From a virus (Duplodnaviria; Heunggongvirae; Uroviricota; Caudoviricetes), in the IMG/VR virus record IMGVR_UViG_2744054964_000003: a stretch of DNA of 6,990 nt, one strand, 5' to 3'. Below the pieces are notes generated by a model. The model did not search any database and was not told the DNA's origin. It was given only the letters and a program-made list of their open reading frames with translations. Each line of letters starts with the position of its first letter. The stretch's first letter is position 1. The position numbers and the translations under genes are program-made. Shown piece by piece: positions 6,772-6,990 of the stretch.

Positions 6772-6990
6772 ATGTTTCATTGTCCTTTATGCCAGCATGC
6801 CGCACATGCGCGTACAAGCCGCTATATCACTGACACGACAAAAGAGCGTTATCACCAGTGTCAGAACGTGAATTGCAGCGCCACGTTCATCACTTATGAG
6901 TCGGTACAGCGATATATCGTGAAGCCGGGAGAAGTCCACGCCGTAAGGCCGCACCCGTTGCCATCAGGGCAGCAAATTATGTGGATGTAA
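6772..6990 (+). CDS. ogr: Ogr, zinc-finger late gene transcriptional activator
   Basis: 72-aa ORF starting MFHCPLCQHAAHARTSRYITDTTKERYHQCQNVNCSATF..., with a C-x2-C-x22-C-x4-C motif; matches P2 Ogr as I recall it. GAGGTG Shine-Dalgarno at 6760-6765, 6 nt before the ATG. Stop TAA at 6988-6990 is the last codon of the window. Confidence 0.9.
   Translation: MFHCPLCQHAAHARTSRYITDTTKERYHQCQNVNCSATFITYESVQRYIVKPGEVHAVRPHPLPSGQQIMWM

Larger units (their letters stand above)
1..6990 (+). mobile_element. P2-type phage or prophage late tail gene module (partial; continues beyond both window edges)
   Basis: Collinear same-strand order tail fiber assembly / sheath / tube / frameshifted chaperone / tape measure / U / D / ogr; short or overlapping junctions typical of a phage late operon; ogr immediately after D is diagnostic for P2-type phages. 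Confidence 0.85.

Noticed and set aside
1-6990. Search for CRISPR arrays, insertion sequences, toxin-antitoxin or defence-system genes
   Set aside because: No direct-repeat arrays, no terminal inverted repeats flanking a transposase-like ORF, and every substantial ORF is accounted for by a P2-type tail or regulatory gene. The window gives no support for an undescribed system.

Overview
This window is a contiguous, same-strand late tail-morphogenesis module of a P2-type (Peduovirus-like) temperate myophage, in the canonical order: 3' end of a tail fiber assembly gene, then FI (sheath), FII (tube), E and E+E' (frameshifted chaperone), T (tape measure), U, D, and the late activator gene ogr. Gene lengths match the P2 proteins as I recall them (396, 172, 91/142, 815, 159, 387, 72 aa), and all junctions are tight or overlapping. 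I do not see a novel or undescribed system here: there is no CRISPR array, insertion sequence, toxin-like or defence-like cargo gene. The points worth a second look are regulatory and structural: the -1 frameshift site in E, a perfect 17-bp inverted repeat after the tail fiber assembly gene, a GC-rich hairpin between FII and E, an apparently empty cargo position upstream of FI, and a lysine-rich linker in D. All calls rest on reading the sequence and on recalled knowledge of P2 and lambda proteins; no database search was run.
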